DNA from: Candidatus Aldehydirespirator sp. | GTDB lineage: Bacteria; Actinomycetota; Acidimicrobiia; Acidimicrobiales; Aldehydirespiratoraceae | NCBI GenBank assembly: GCA_965221215.1 | Contig: OZ244872.1 | Coordinates: forward strand, 1,636,936 to 1,700,935 | Direction: 5' to 3' | Length of the DNA stretch: 64,000 nt | In this document: in pieces, positions 53,996 through 63,579 of the stretch | Numbering within the stretch: the first letter of the stretch is position 1 | How the letters are laid out: each line of letters begins with the position of its first letter | Position numbers and translations under genes: made by a program | Notes under the pieces: model-generated | Database searches by the model: none | What the model was told of the DNA's origin: nothing | What the model saw: the letters and a program-made list of their open reading frames with translations, nothing else

Positions 53996-56338
53996 ATGGC
54001 TGTGTTTGCTAGTACCCCGGTGGAGTTGGTCGAAGGCGTCTACGCCACTTTGGACGAGCGGGTGGGGCGGGCCCGGCGACGTTTCGGGCGGCCGCTGACG
54101 CTGGCCGAGAAGATCCTGGTCAACCATCTCGACCCCTCCGTGACCGGGGTGCCCGAGCGGGGCGTGTCGTATGTGGACCTGCGGCCCGACCGGGTGGCCA
54201 TGCAGGACGCCACCGCCCAGATGGCCTGGCTGCAGTTCATGACCGCCGGGCTCGACGAGGTGCAGGTGCCCACCACCACCCACTGCGACCACCTCATCAC
54301 CGCCCGCCGTGACGCCCGGCGCGACCTGCTGGCCGCGCTGGAGGGCAACGACGAGGTGTACGAGTTCCTGCGCAGCGTGTCGGCCCGCTACGGCGCAGGG
54401 TTCTGGAAGCCCGGATCGGGCATCATCCACCAGGTCGTGCTGGAGAACTACGCCTTCTGCGGCGGAATGATGATCGGCACCGACAGCCACACCCCCAACG
54501 CGGGCGGGCTGGCCATGGTGGCGGTGGGCGTGGGCGGCGCCGACGCGGTCGACGTGATGACCGGATTCCCGTGGAACGTGCGCTGGCCCGAGCTGATCGG
54601 CGTGCGCCTCACCGGCGCCCTCAGCGGCTGGTCGTCGCCCAAGGACGTGATCCTCAAGGTGGCCGACATCCTCACCGCGGCCGGCGGCACCGGCGCCATC
54701 GTGGAGTACTTCGGGCCGGGGGCCCGCTCGCTCAGCGCCACCGGCAAGGCCACCATCTGCAACATGGGCGCCGAGATCGGGGCCACAACCTCGATCTTCG
54801 ACTACGACGAGTCGATGGGCCGCTACCTGCGGGCCACCGGCCGCGCCGACGCCGCCAATGCGGCCGACAGCGTCGCCCACCACCTGCGCGGCGACCCCGA
54901 CACCGAGGCCGACCCCGAGCGCTTCTACGACCGAGTGGTGGAGATCGACCTCGACACCCTCGGACCCCACATCAACGGCCCCCACACCCCGGATCTGGCC
55001 CGGGAGGTGGCCGACCTCGGCGAGGAGGCCCGGCAGAACCAGTGGCCGCTGGAGATCAGCGCCGCCCTCATCGGCAGCTGCACCAACTCGTCGTACGAGG
55101 ACATCACCCGGGCCGCCTCCATCGCCCGCGACGCGGCCGGCAAGGGCCTGCGGGCCCGCACCCGGCTGCTGGTGACCCCCGGCTCCGAGCAGATCCGCTC
55201 CACCATCGTGCGCGACGGCCTGATGGACGACTTCGAGGCCCTCGGGGCGACGGTGCTGGCCAACGCCTGCGGACCCTGCATCGGCCAGTGGGACCGCTCC
55301 GACGAGGAGGGCCACACGCCGGGGCAGCCCAACGTGATCGTCACCTCCTACAATCGCAACTTCCCCAAGCGCAACGACGGCGACCCGGCCACCCTGGCCT
55401 TCGTGACCTCCCCAGAGACCGTGATTGCGCTGGCGTTGGCCGGCACCGTCGACTTCGACCCGATCGCCGGCACCCTCACCAACGACGACGGCGAGCCGGT
55501 GGCGCTGGCCGAGCCATCGGGGGTGGAGCTTCCCCCCGACGGGTTCGATCCCGGTGCCGACACCTTCGAGCCCCCGCCCGCCGACGGCACGGCCACAGAG
55601 GTCCGGGTGTCGCCGCACTCCGAGCGGCTGCAGGTGCTGGCGCCCTTCGCGGCCTGGGACGGCCGCGACTACGAGGATCTTCCCATCATCGCCAAGGCCA
55701 AGGGCAAGTGCACCACCGACCACATCTCCGCGGCCGGTCCCTGGCTGCGCTACCGGGGCCACCTGGAGAACATCTCAGGCAACCTGTACCTGGGGGTGGT
55801 CAACGGGTTCGGCGGCAACGCGTTCGGCGACAACGGAGCGACCGGCGCCCCCGGCAGCGACGGCTACGAGACCGGCCACGGCAAGAACCAGATCACCGGC
55901 GAGATCCAGCCCCTGCCCGACATCGCCCGCGAATACCACCAAGCCGGCCTGCGCTGGGTGTTCATCGGCGACTCCAACACCGGCGAGGGATCGAGCCGGG
56001 AGCACGCCGCCATGGAGCCCCGGTTCCGGGGCTGCGCCGTGGTCCTGTCCCGCAGCTTCGCCCGCATCCACGAGACCAACCTCAAGAAGCAGGGCGTGCT
56101 GGCGCTGACCTTCGCCGATCCGGCCGACTACGAGCGCATCGGCGAGGACGACCGGATCGCGGTGCGGGGCCTGGCCGGCCTGGCACCGGGCCAGCCGGTG
56201 AAGGTGGAAGTCACCGCGCCCGGCGGCGCCACCTGGGCCTTCGAGGCTCGCCACACCCTCAGCGACGAGCAGATCGAGTGGTTCCGAGCCGGCAGCGCGC
56301 TGAACATCATCCGCAGCCGCGCCAGCCAACCGTCCTGA
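53996..56338 (+). CDS. acnA: Aconitate hydratase (mitochondrial-like, about 780 aa)
   Basis: MQDATAQMA, HCDH, GTDSHTPN, IGSCTNSS, NACGPCIGQW, TTDHISAAG. TAGGCT -10 at 53984-53989. Confidence 0.93.
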   Translation: MAVFASTPVELVEGVYATLDERVGRARRRFGRPLTLAEKILVNHLDPSVTGVPERGVSYVDLRPDRVAMQDATAQMAWLQFMTAGLDEVQVPTTTHCDHLITARRDARRDLLAALEGNDEVYEFLRSVSARYGAGFWKPGSGIIHQVVLENYAFCGGMMIGTDSHTPNAGGLAMVAVGVGGADAVDVMTGFPWNVRWPELIGVRLTGALSGWSSPKDVILKVADILTAAGGTGAIVEYFGPGARSLSATGKATICNMGAEIGATTSIFDYDESMGRYLRATGRADAANAADSVAHHLRGDPDTEADPERFYDRVVEIDLDTLGPHINGPHTPDLAREVADLGEEARQNQWPLEISAALIGSCTNSSYEDITRAASIARDAAGKGLRARTRLLVTPGSEQIRSTIVRDGLMDDFEALGATVLANACGPCIGQWDRSDEEGHTPGQPNVIVTSYNRNFPKRNDGDPATLAFVTSPETVIALALAGTVDFDPIAGTLTNDDGEPVALAEPSGVELPPDGFDPGADTFEPPPADGTATEVRVSPHSERLQVLAPFAAWDGRDYEDLPIIAKAKGKCTTDHISAAGPWLRYRGHLENISGNLYLGVVNGFGGNAFGDNGATGAPGSDGYETGHGKNQITGEIQPLPDIAREYHQAGLRWVFIGDSNTGEGSSREHAAMEPRFRGCAVVLSRSFARIHETNLKKQGVLALTFADPADYERIGEDDRIAVRGLAGLAPGQPVKVEVTAPGGATWAFEARHTLSDEQIEWFRAGSALNIIRSRASQPS

Positions 56339-56397
56339 ATCCGGCCACCGGCACCAGCCGCCGCCTCTGACCGGCGTTCGGGGCGCGACTGCCTACT

Positions 56398-57774
56398 ATG
56401 AGCGGCGTGTCAGCGGCCTCCCCGACAGCCCAGGTCAGCCTGAGGGCCGGATCGTCGGGGTTCGTGCGCAGCCGGGTGACAACCCTCGGCCGCCGCCGCG
56501 TGGTCGAGATCGACGCCCGGGGCGCCACCGACGACCGCAGCGGCGCGCTGACGCCCGCCGACGGGCAGAGCATGGCCGCAGCCGCCCGCCTGGCCCGCAC
56601 CCAGCGCCTGCCGGTGCTGCTAAGGCTGGCCTCCTCGGGCGCCGACCTCAACGAGGGAGTGGACGCCCTCCACGGCTGGGCCACCGCAGCCACCGAGCTG
56701 GCCCGCTGCTCGGGGGTGGTGCCGGTGGTGGTGATCGCGGCCGGTCCCAACGTCTCGGGCCCGGCCCTGCTGCTGGGTCTGGCCGACTTCGTGGTGATGA
56801 CCGCCGACGCCTACGCCTTCGTGGTCGGGCCGCGGATGGTGGAGCACTTCACCGGACTGCCCGTCGACCGTGCCGACCTGGGCGGCGCCGAGACCCACGC
56901 CGTGCGGTCCGGGGTGGCGAGCTTCGTGGTGGCCACCGAAGCCGACGCCGACGACACCGCGGCCGAGCTGCTCAGCTACCTCCCCGACAGCAACGACTCC
57001 GACCCGCCCGGCCGGGCCTGCACCGACCCCGCTGACCGGGCCGTGCCCGAGGCCTTCGACGTGCTGCCGGCCGAGTCGGGCGGAAGCTACGACGTGCGCG
57101 ACGTGCTCACCGCCGTCGCCGACCACGGCGAGCTGCTGGAGCCGCACCCGTTCTGGGGCGCCAACCTGGTCACCGCCTTCGCCTGTTTCGCTGGACGGCC
57201 GGCGGGGATCGTCGCCAACCAGCCCCAGTCGCTGGCCGGCACGCTCGACATCACCGCGTCGCGCAAGGGCGCCCGCTTCGTGGCGTTCTGTGACGCCTTC
57301 AACCTTCCGCTGGTCACCTTCGTCGACACGTCCGGCTTCTATCCGGGCAAGGACCTGGAGTGGCGGGGCATGATCCGCTACGGCGCCCAGATGGCCTTCG
57401 CCTACGCCCGGGCCACCGTGCCACGGGTCAACGTCACCCTGCGCAAGTCCTACGGCGGCGCCTACATCGTGATGGACTCCAAGACGATGGGCAACGACAT
57501 CGCCCTGGCCTGGCCCACCGCGGAGATCGCGGTGATGGGGGCCAAGGGTGCGGTGGAGATCCTGCACCGCTCGGCGGCAGACGACGAGCGGGCGGAGCTG
57601 GAAACGGCCTATGAGCAGCGTCTGCTCAACCCGTACATCGCGGCCGAGCGCGGCGCCATCGACTCGGTGATCGAGCCCGCCGACACCCGCCAGGAGATCT
57701 GTGCCGCCCTCGAGATGCTCACGGCCAAGCGGGAGCGCCTGCCCGAGCGCCGCCACGACAACGCTCCCCTGTAA
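56398..57774 (+). CDS. accD: Acyl-CoA carboxylase carboxyltransferase (beta) subunit
   Basis: GIVANQP, KGARFVAFCDAFNLP, FVDTSGF, RKSYGGAY, IAVMG. Confidence 0.85.
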   Translation: MSGVSAASPTAQVSLRAGSSGFVRSRVTTLGRRRVVEIDARGATDDRSGALTPADGQSMAAAARLARTQRLPVLLRLASSGADLNEGVDALHGWATAATELARCSGVVPVVVIAAGPNVSGPALLLGLADFVVMTADAYAFVVGPRMVEHFTGLPVDRADLGGAETHAVRSGVASFVVATEADADDTAAELLSYLPDSNDSDPPGRACTDPADRAVPEAFDVLPAESGGSYDVRDVLTAVADHGELLEPHPFWGANLVTAFACFAGRPAGIVANQPQSLAGTLDITASRKGARFVAFCDAFNLPLVTFVDTSGFYPGKDLEWRGMIRYGAQMAFAYARATVPRVNVTLRKSYGGAYIVMDSKTMGNDIALAWPTAEIAVMGAKGAVEILHRSAADDERAELETAYEQRLLNPYIAAERGAIDSVIEPADTRQEICAALEMLTAKRERLPERRHDNAPL

Positions 57775-57785
57775 TCTGTTCTGCG

Positions 57786-59051
57786 ATGGAGGAGAGCGTC
57801 ACCCTCACCGACAACCGCACGGGTCGCTCCATCGAGATTCCCATTGTCAACGGCGGCGTCGATGCGGGGGCCTGGCGCAAGCTCCTCGGCGGGATCTGGT
57901 TCCACGATCCCGGCATGGCCACCACCGCGGTCACCTCCAGCGCGGTGGCCGAGATCGACGGCGAGGCCGGCATTCTGCGCTACCGGGGCTACCCCATCGA
58001 GCAACTGGCCGAGCGCAGCACCTTCCCGGAGGTCGCCTACCTGCTGGTGTACGGGGAACTGCCGACCCAAGCCCAGCTCGACGAGTGGACCTTCGAGATA
58101 ACCCGCCACACGTTCATCCACGAGAATTTCCGCAAGCGCATCTTCGACGCCTTCCACTACGACGCCCACCCGATGGGGCTGCTGGTGTCGGGGGTGGCCG
58201 GTCTGTCGACCTTCTATCCCGAGGCCAAGGACATCTTCGATCCCGACAACCGCCGGGCCCAGATCGTGCGGCTGATCGCCAAGATGCCCACCCTGGCCGC
58301 GGCGGCCTACCGGTTCTCGCGGGGCCTGCCGTTCCAATTCCCCGAGAACGCCGACGACTACCCCACCCGCTTCTTGAAGATGATGTTCGACGTCGGCGGC
58401 GACTACGAGCCCGATCCGCCGCTGGTGCAGGCCATGCGGGTGCTGTTCATCCTGCACGCCGACCATGGCCAGAACTGCTCCACCACCGCTGCCCGGGTGG
58501 TGGGGTCGAGCCACGCCGACCCCTACACCGCCATCGCGGCCGGCTGCGCCGCCCTCTACGGGCCGCTGCACGGCGGGGCGAACGAGTCCGTGATCGACAT
58601 GTTGACCCAGATCGGCTCCTACGACGAGGTGGACGCCTTCATCGCCGAAGTCAAGCGGGGCGGGCGCCGCCTGATGGGCTTCGGTCACCGGGTGTACAAG
58701 AACTACGACCCGAGGGCGATGATCATCAAGGCGGCCGCCCACGACGTGTTCCAGGTGATCGGCAAGAACCCGCTGCTCGACATCGCCCTGAAGCTCGAGG
58801 AGGTCGCACTGGCCGACGACTACTTCGTGAGCCGGCGCCTGTACCCGAATGTGGACTTCTACTCGGGCCTGATCTACCAGGCGCTGGGCTTTCCCACGAA
58901 CATGTTCACCGTGCTGTTCGCCATCGGCCGCACACCGGGCTGGCTGGCCCACTGGAACGAGATGACCGAGCAGAAGTCCCGCATCTACCGGCCCCGCCAG
59001 ATCTATACCGGCGCCCCCAAGCGCGACTACGTCGCAATGAAGGACCGCTAG
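57786..59051 (+). CDS. gltA: Citrate synthase
   Basis: GILRYRGY, LHADHGQN, GPLHGGANE, MGFGHRVYK, PNVDFYSG. Confidence 0.96.
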   Translation: MEESVTLTDNRTGRSIEIPIVNGGVDAGAWRKLLGGIWFHDPGMATTAVTSSAVAEIDGEAGILRYRGYPIEQLAERSTFPEVAYLLVYGELPTQAQLDEWTFEITRHTFIHENFRKRIFDAFHYDAHPMGLLVSGVAGLSTFYPEAKDIFDPDNRRAQIVRLIAKMPTLAAAAYRFSRGLPFQFPENADDYPTRFLKMMFDVGGDYEPDPPLVQAMRVLFILHADHGQNCSTTAARVVGSSHADPYTAIAAGCAALYGPLHGGANESVIDMLTQIGSYDEVDAFIAEVKRGGRRLMGFGHRVYKNYDPRAMIIKAAAHDVFQVIGKNPLLDIALKLEEVALADDYFVSRRLYPNVDFYSGLIYQALGFPTNMFTVLFAIGRTPGWLAHWNEMTEQKSRIYRPRQIYTGAPKRDYVAMKDR

Positions 59052-59104
59052 CCGAACCTCCAGCCGGGATGCGTCCCGCGAGCACGATCCAGCCGGTCGT
59101 CCAG

Positions 59105-60088
59105 CTAGGCGGGATTCACGTCGAGGACGATCTTTCCGGCGTTCAGGTTGGCCTCCATGCGCTCGTGAGCGGCGGGCGCGTCTTCGAGCTGGAAGCGGCT
59201 GTCGATCACCGGCGCCATCGTCCCGGCCGCCACATGAGGCAGCATCTCGGCCGCGAACTGGCGGGTGACGGCGATCTTCTCCTCGATGGGCCGGGCCCGC
59301 AGGGTGGTGCCGATCAGGGCGGCCCGCTTGGCCATCAGCGCAGCCGGGTTGAACGGCACCGGGGCGCCGGCCATGGTGGCGACCTGGAGGATGCGCCCGT
59401 TGGTGCGCAGGCACGACACGTTGCGGGGCAGGTAGTCGCCGCCGATCACGTCGAGGACCACGTCCACGCCGGTGCCGCCGGTGGCCGAGGCGACGGCGTC
59501 GGTGAAGTCCTCGGAGGCGTAGTCGATCACTGCGTCCGCGCCGAGCGCCTCGCAGACATGATGCTTGCCCGCCGAGGCGGTGACGGCGATGCGGGCCCCC
59601 ATGGCCTTGGCGATCTGGATGGCGGCGGTGCCCACGCCGGAGGCGCCGGCATGTACCAGCGCCCACCGCCCGGTGGTGAGCCCGCCCTGGCGCACCAGCG
59701 CGTCCCAGGCGGTGATGTACACCTCGCAGAAGGCGCCGGCCGCGTCCAACCCGAGAGCGTCGGGCACGGACATGGCCTGGCGCTCGTGCACTGCGACTCG
59801 CTCGGCGTAGCCGCCGCCGCCCACGATCCCCATGACCGGGTCGCCGACGGCGTGCTCGACCACCCGCTCGCCGACGGCCGCCACCCGCCCCGCAAACTCG
59901 AGGCCCGGGATCTCGTGGTCGGCCGGCGGGCCGGGGTACAGTCCCCGCCGCTGCAGCGTGTCGGCCCGATTGAGAGCCGAGGTCACCACGTCGACGAGCA
60001 CCTCCTCGGGGCCAACCGCGGGCTCGGGCACGTCCTGAACCTGCAATACCTCGGGCCCGCCGTGGGCAGTGATGACTACGGCTCGCAT
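59105..60088 (-). CDS. NAD(P)H-quinone oxidoreductase (PIG3/zeta-crystallin family)
   Basis: LNRAD, PGLEFAG, HAGASGVG, GKIVL. Confidence 0.92.
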   Translation of the reverse strand: MRAVVITAHGGPEVLQVQDVPEPAVGPEEVLVDVVTSALNRADTLQRRGLYPGPPADHEIPGLEFAGRVAAVGERVVEHAVGDPVMGIVGGGGYAERVAVHERQAMSVPDALGLDAAGAFCEVYITAWDALVRQGGLTTGRWALVHAGASGVGTAAIQIAKAMGARIAVTASAGKHHVCEALGADAVIDYASEDFTDAVASATGGTGVDVVLDVIGGDYLPRNVSCLRTNGRILQVATMAGAPVPFNPAALMAKRAALIGTTLRARPIEEKIAVTRQFAAEMLPHVAAGTMAPVIDSRFQLEDAPAAHERMEANLNAGKIVLDVNPA

Positions 60089-60308
60089 GGTGGTCTCCGA
60101 TCAGGCTGTGTACTGGTGGTCTGCGTACTGGTGGTGCAGGCGCACCGAGGCCAGGTAGGGAAACAGGGCGGGGACGTCACCGGCGCGGTTTCGCGGCTTC
60201 ATCGACTCCCAGAAGTCGAGGGTGGCGATCTCGGGATGGTGCTCGGCGATCCGGCCCAGTGCCTCGGACTTGCCCCGGCGGGCTGGTCCCGACCACAGCC
60301 GGCGCGCC

Positions 60309-60614
60309 TCAGCTATCCGCGGCGTCGCTGCGAGCCATCTCGTGCTCGCGTCTCACCTCGGCGAACACGATCCGCAGGAACCTCTCGCTGAAGGAGGGGG
60401 CCAGGTCGACAGAGACGGCCACCTCCCGCAGTCGGACGATCTGCTCCGCCTCGCGCTCGGGGTCCGCAGCCGGCAGCCCGACTCGGGCCTTGTAGATCCC
60501 GACCTGCCTGGTGATCTTGAACCTCTCGCCGAGCAGCATCACCAGCGAGGCGTCGATGTTGTCGATGCTCGCCCGGTAGCCGGCCAGCGTCTCGTCTCCC
60601 GCACCCGCACTCAC
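60309..60614 (-). CDS. Chorismate mutase (AroQ type, stand-alone)
   Basis: YRASIDNID...LLGERF...GIYK...DPERE. TAACTT -10 upstream of GTG 60614. Confidence 0.88.
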   Translation of the reverse strand: MSAGAGDETLAGYRASIDNIDASLVMLLGERFKITRQVGIYKARVGLPAADPEREAEQIVRLREVAVSVDLAPSFSERFLRIVFAEVRREHEMARSDAADS

Positions 60615-60654
60615 AGCCGGCCAAGTTATCGCGAGCGAGCCGACGACGGCCCCT

Positions 60655-62193
60655 CTAGGCGACGGTGAACAGCGGCTCAGGCTCTGCTGGACGCCGGTTG
60701 CCCTCACTATCCGGCGCCCCGACCTGAGCATTGTCCTGGGCCGTCGCTGTGTTGGGCAGTCGAGCGGCCCGGCGCGGGCGCTGATGCGGGGATCCGCGGA
60801 CGGGTGGTGGGTCGGGTGCATGGGCGGGGCCGTGGCGGATGCGCTCCGGTGGTGCGATGGTGTACAGGCCTCGCCCGTCGGGCACTTCCCGCCAGCCATG
60901 GTGATGCACCTTCTGGTGGCACACCCAACACAGCAGCATCATGTTGTCGATATCGGTCCGCCCTCCTCGTGACACCGGCTCTCTGTGATGGCCATCGCAG
61001 ATCCACATGTCAGCGCCACAGCCCCCGCAAGCTCCATAGAGTGCCCTCAACGCATTCATCTGGGCCTTGGTGGCCAACCGCTTGGCGTGTCCGTGCCACA
61101 GCGGCACGCCCCTGTGGCTGAACACCACCCCCGTGATGCGCGCGTTGCAGAAATGCTCCTCGAGCACGCTCGGGGGGATGACCCCGCCCCCAGCGACCTC
61201 AGCGAAGGCGTCGGTGCCGTCGGCACTGAGATGTTGCACGATGGTGATGTCAGCCGACACCCGGCCACACCCGCACCCGCCACCGGCCCCGTTGCCAGCC
61301 TTGCCCGAGTTGCCGACTCGGTTGGCACCACCCACGGCGCCCGCGTTGCCGTACCCGTCGCCGACGCTGTTGGCGCCATCAGCGTTGCCGGCGTCGCTGA
61401 TCTCGTTGGCACCACCCACGGCGCAGCCATTGTCGGCGTCGGCGATGTTGTTGCCAGCGCTGGCCGCTCTGGTGTAGATGCTGCCGTGTGAGGTGAGAGT
61501 GTCGAGCGCGTCGGCCATGCGCTGGTCGAGGCTGCGCTTTTCACCCCCGGAACTTTGGAGGTCCAAGCGGCGTAGTCGCTCAGCCTCCTGCACGAACCGC
61601 TTGTGCACCTTGGCACCGTTCACCGGGTCCAACTCGCCCCGCAGGTGCACCATTCCGTCGTCTCCGTCCCAGAAGCTCAACCGCCGGCGAGCCCGCTGAC
61701 GCCGATACTCGCCCTCGCCGCCGTCGTCCTGACGCTTCACCGTCCAGCGGCTGGCCTCCCTCACGAACTGATCAGGAGACAACTGAGCAGCCTTCTCCAA
61801 CAACTCGGCGTCGCCGTCGACCTGGGCCGCACTCGTCCTGCCAGACGCCCTCGCCAGCGTCTTGGCGTTGGCAACGGAGATGCGGCCGGTCTCCACCGCG
61901 TCGCGGGCCGCAGGCATGTCCTGGAGCTTCTCCACAGTCTTGACCTGGCTGGCCGCATCTCGCTTCGACAACCCCGCAGACTGCGCCAACACCCCCACAC
62001 CGCCGTCGCCGTGGCGCTCCCGCCGAGCCAACCCCGCAGCCGCATCGGTCTGCAACACGGCCAACTGCCCTCCGAAGGTCTTGCACTCCCCCAGCAGTGC
62101 CCGCAGATCCGAAGTCGGCGTGTCCGCATCGTTGACCAACCGGACCAGCTCCGCCAGTCCCGCCCGCACTCGCCGTGCCGTGTCCATAACCAT
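60655..62193 (-). CDS. DUF222 (13E12 repeat family) protein with C-terminal HNH endonuclease
   Basis: RRRLSFWDGDDGMVHLRGELD, ATKAQ...AL..CGGCG, DGHHREPVSRGGRTDIDNMMLLCWVCHQKVH. Confidence 0.88.
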   Translation of the reverse strand: MVMDTARRVRAGLAELVRLVNDADTPTSDLRALLGECKTFGGQLAVLQTDAAAGLARRERHGDGGVGVLAQSAGLSKRDAASQVKTVEKLQDMPAARDAVETGRISVANAKTLARASGRTSAAQVDGDAELLEKAAQLSPDQFVREASRWTVKRQDDGGEGEYRRQRARRRLSFWDGDDGMVHLRGELDPVNGAKVHKRFVQEAERLRRLDLQSSGGEKRSLDQRMADALDTLTSHGSIYTRAASAGNNIADADNGCAVGGANEISDAGNADGANSVGDGYGNAGAVGGANRVGNSGKAGNGAGGGCGCGRVSADITIVQHLSADGTDAFAEVAGGGVIPPSVLEEHFCNARITGVVFSHRGVPLWHGHAKRLATKAQMNALRALYGACGGCGADMWICDGHHREPVSRGGRTDIDNMMLLCWVCHQKVHHHGWREVPDGRGLYTIAPPERIRHGPAHAPDPPPVRGSPHQRPRRAARLPNTATAQDNAQVGAPDSEGNRRPAEPEPLFTVA

Positions 62194-62199
62194 GCGAAC

Positions 62200-62221
62200 A
62201 TCTTGCCAGAGGGGTGTGACA
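62200..62221 (-). promoter_or_regulatory. PafBC / RecA-NDp-like DNA-damage promoter candidate
   Basis: Minus strand TGTCAC-N10-CAAGAT, then 6 nt, then ATG 62193; matches the TGTCRg-N10-TANNNT geometry with mismatches. Confidence 0.5.
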
Positions 62222-62349
62222 TCTATCAGCTATATCCAAGATTATCTGAGTTAAATCAATATGTTTCAGAGCTGGCGCCCTCCGCAAGCGCAACATAGAG
62301 ACGACGAACGTACCAGCCGCCCAGCGACGGCTGGAACCCCCGAGTCTGC

Positions 62350-63579
62350 TCAAGCAGCTTGCGCCGTACCGAGAGCTTCAGCGCGCAACAAGTAGACACG
62401 TTGCGCCAAATGGTCGATAGTCGTATGAAGGTTCTCGATCGAGCCGGCGAGGTCAAGGGCGAAGATCTCCAACCGTTTGCCCGTGTGGCGCACCTCATGC
62501 TCGACCGCGTCAGCCTCGCCCTTGGCGTAGACCAGCAGCCCGCCGGGGAGATCGAGAGCGGTGGCGTAGGCGAGGATCTGGTAGAGATCCGCGTTGGGGA
62601 CACGCTCGTACCAAACACGCTTGTACTTGGCGTCACCGACGAAGACGCATTGGCGACCCTCCCACCAAGTGAAGTCGGGCTTGAGATCGATGCGGTCTCG
62701 CTCATCGAGAGTGATGGCCCGTCGGGCAAGGCTGGCATCGGAGCAGAACGTGCGCTCGGAAGCGCCCAGCGACTCCCGCAGCGCCCGTGTGACGAACCCC
62801 TGGAACACATCGTTCATGTTGATCAGGAAGCCAGAGGCCCGGGTCTCGCCACGCTCCAGTTCCAGGGCCTGATATCGCAGGATCAACCGTGAGAGCGACA
62901 CCACCTCCCGGTAGTGCTCGTTGAGCCGGTCGAACATCACCTCCGGCACGTCCTGCGGGGGGAACCGAACAGACGTGACGTTGGCGAGCGTTGCACTCAT
63001 CCACCGGAGCCCGTCCCGCGAGCGCGAGTCTTCAAGGCGCCCTCGACCAAGAAGCTCAGCCGCGGCCTTCACCAGACGATTCGCCAGAATGTCGTCAGTG
63101 AACTCGTCGTAGGTGACCTCAACTGGCACTAGCAGGTCGAACCTTCGCCTGAGCTGTTCTGCCATATCGATCCGGCCACGGACGGTCCGCAGCGCGTCCT
63201 GCTCGGTGCGATACCCGTGCAGCAATCCGCGCGCAAATGCTCTGCGAGCGGCGGCGGTCAGAGCGAGCGCCAATGCCTCCACCAGTGTCGGCTCTGACGT
63301 GAAGTCGAAGCGCTGTTCGTTGGGCTTGTAGGCCCCCATCGCGTAGGAGGCCAGGTAGATCACACGTGAGATGTCGAGCTTCGGACGCACGGCAACGGAA
63401 AGATCGGTGAACTCCAAGGCGCCGATCACTGCTTCGGGCCGCAGGGTGTAGAGGTCGCTCTCGCCTTCCACCGCCTGGATCGTGAGGGACGGCAGTGCTC
63501 GCTTGAGCGTGTCGCGCTCGGTGACGCTCACCCGTAGTGGCTCGCTCATGCGATACTCCTGCAGCTCAATCCGGCGCAT
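62350..63579 (-). CDS. mcrC: McrC-family PD-(D/E)xK nuclease subunit
   Basis: RGLLHGY, VRGRID, YDEFTDD, MNDVFQ, LKPDF..GDAKYK, DLYQILAYA. Confidence 0.92.
   Translation of the reverse strand: MRRIELQEYRMSEPLRVSVTERDTLKRALPSLTIQAVEGESDLYTLRPEAVIGALEFTDLSVAVRPKLDISRVIYLASYAMGAYKPNEQRFDFTSEPTLVEALALALTAAARRAFARGLLHGYRTEQDALRTVRGRIDMAEQLRRRFDLLVPVEVTYDEFTDDILANRLVKAAAELLGRGRLEDSRSRDGLRWMSATLANVTSVRFPPQDVPEVMFDRLNEHYREVVSLSRLILRYQALELERGETRASGFLINMNDVFQGFVTRALRESLGASERTFCSDASLARRAITLDERDRIDLKPDFTWWEGRQCVFVGDAKYKRVWYERVPNADLYQILAYATALDLPGGLLVYAKGEADAVEHEVRHTGKRLEIFALDLAGSIENLHTTIDHLAQRVYLLRAEALGTAQAA

Noticed and set aside
53789-55762. Apparent long N-terminal extension of the second MNT-HEPN ORF
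   Set aside because: Antisense to aconitase; a -10 hexamer 7 nt before GTG 53788 and alignment with the paralog define the real start.
56339-56397. Relay ORF between aconitase and accD
   Set aside because: The frame ending at ATGA 56398 has no ATG, GTG or TTG after the aconitase stop, so the relay pattern is not universal.
62194-62206. LexA SOS box upstream of the DUF222-HNH gene
   Set aside because: Only the GAAC half-site is present; the GTTC half is missing.
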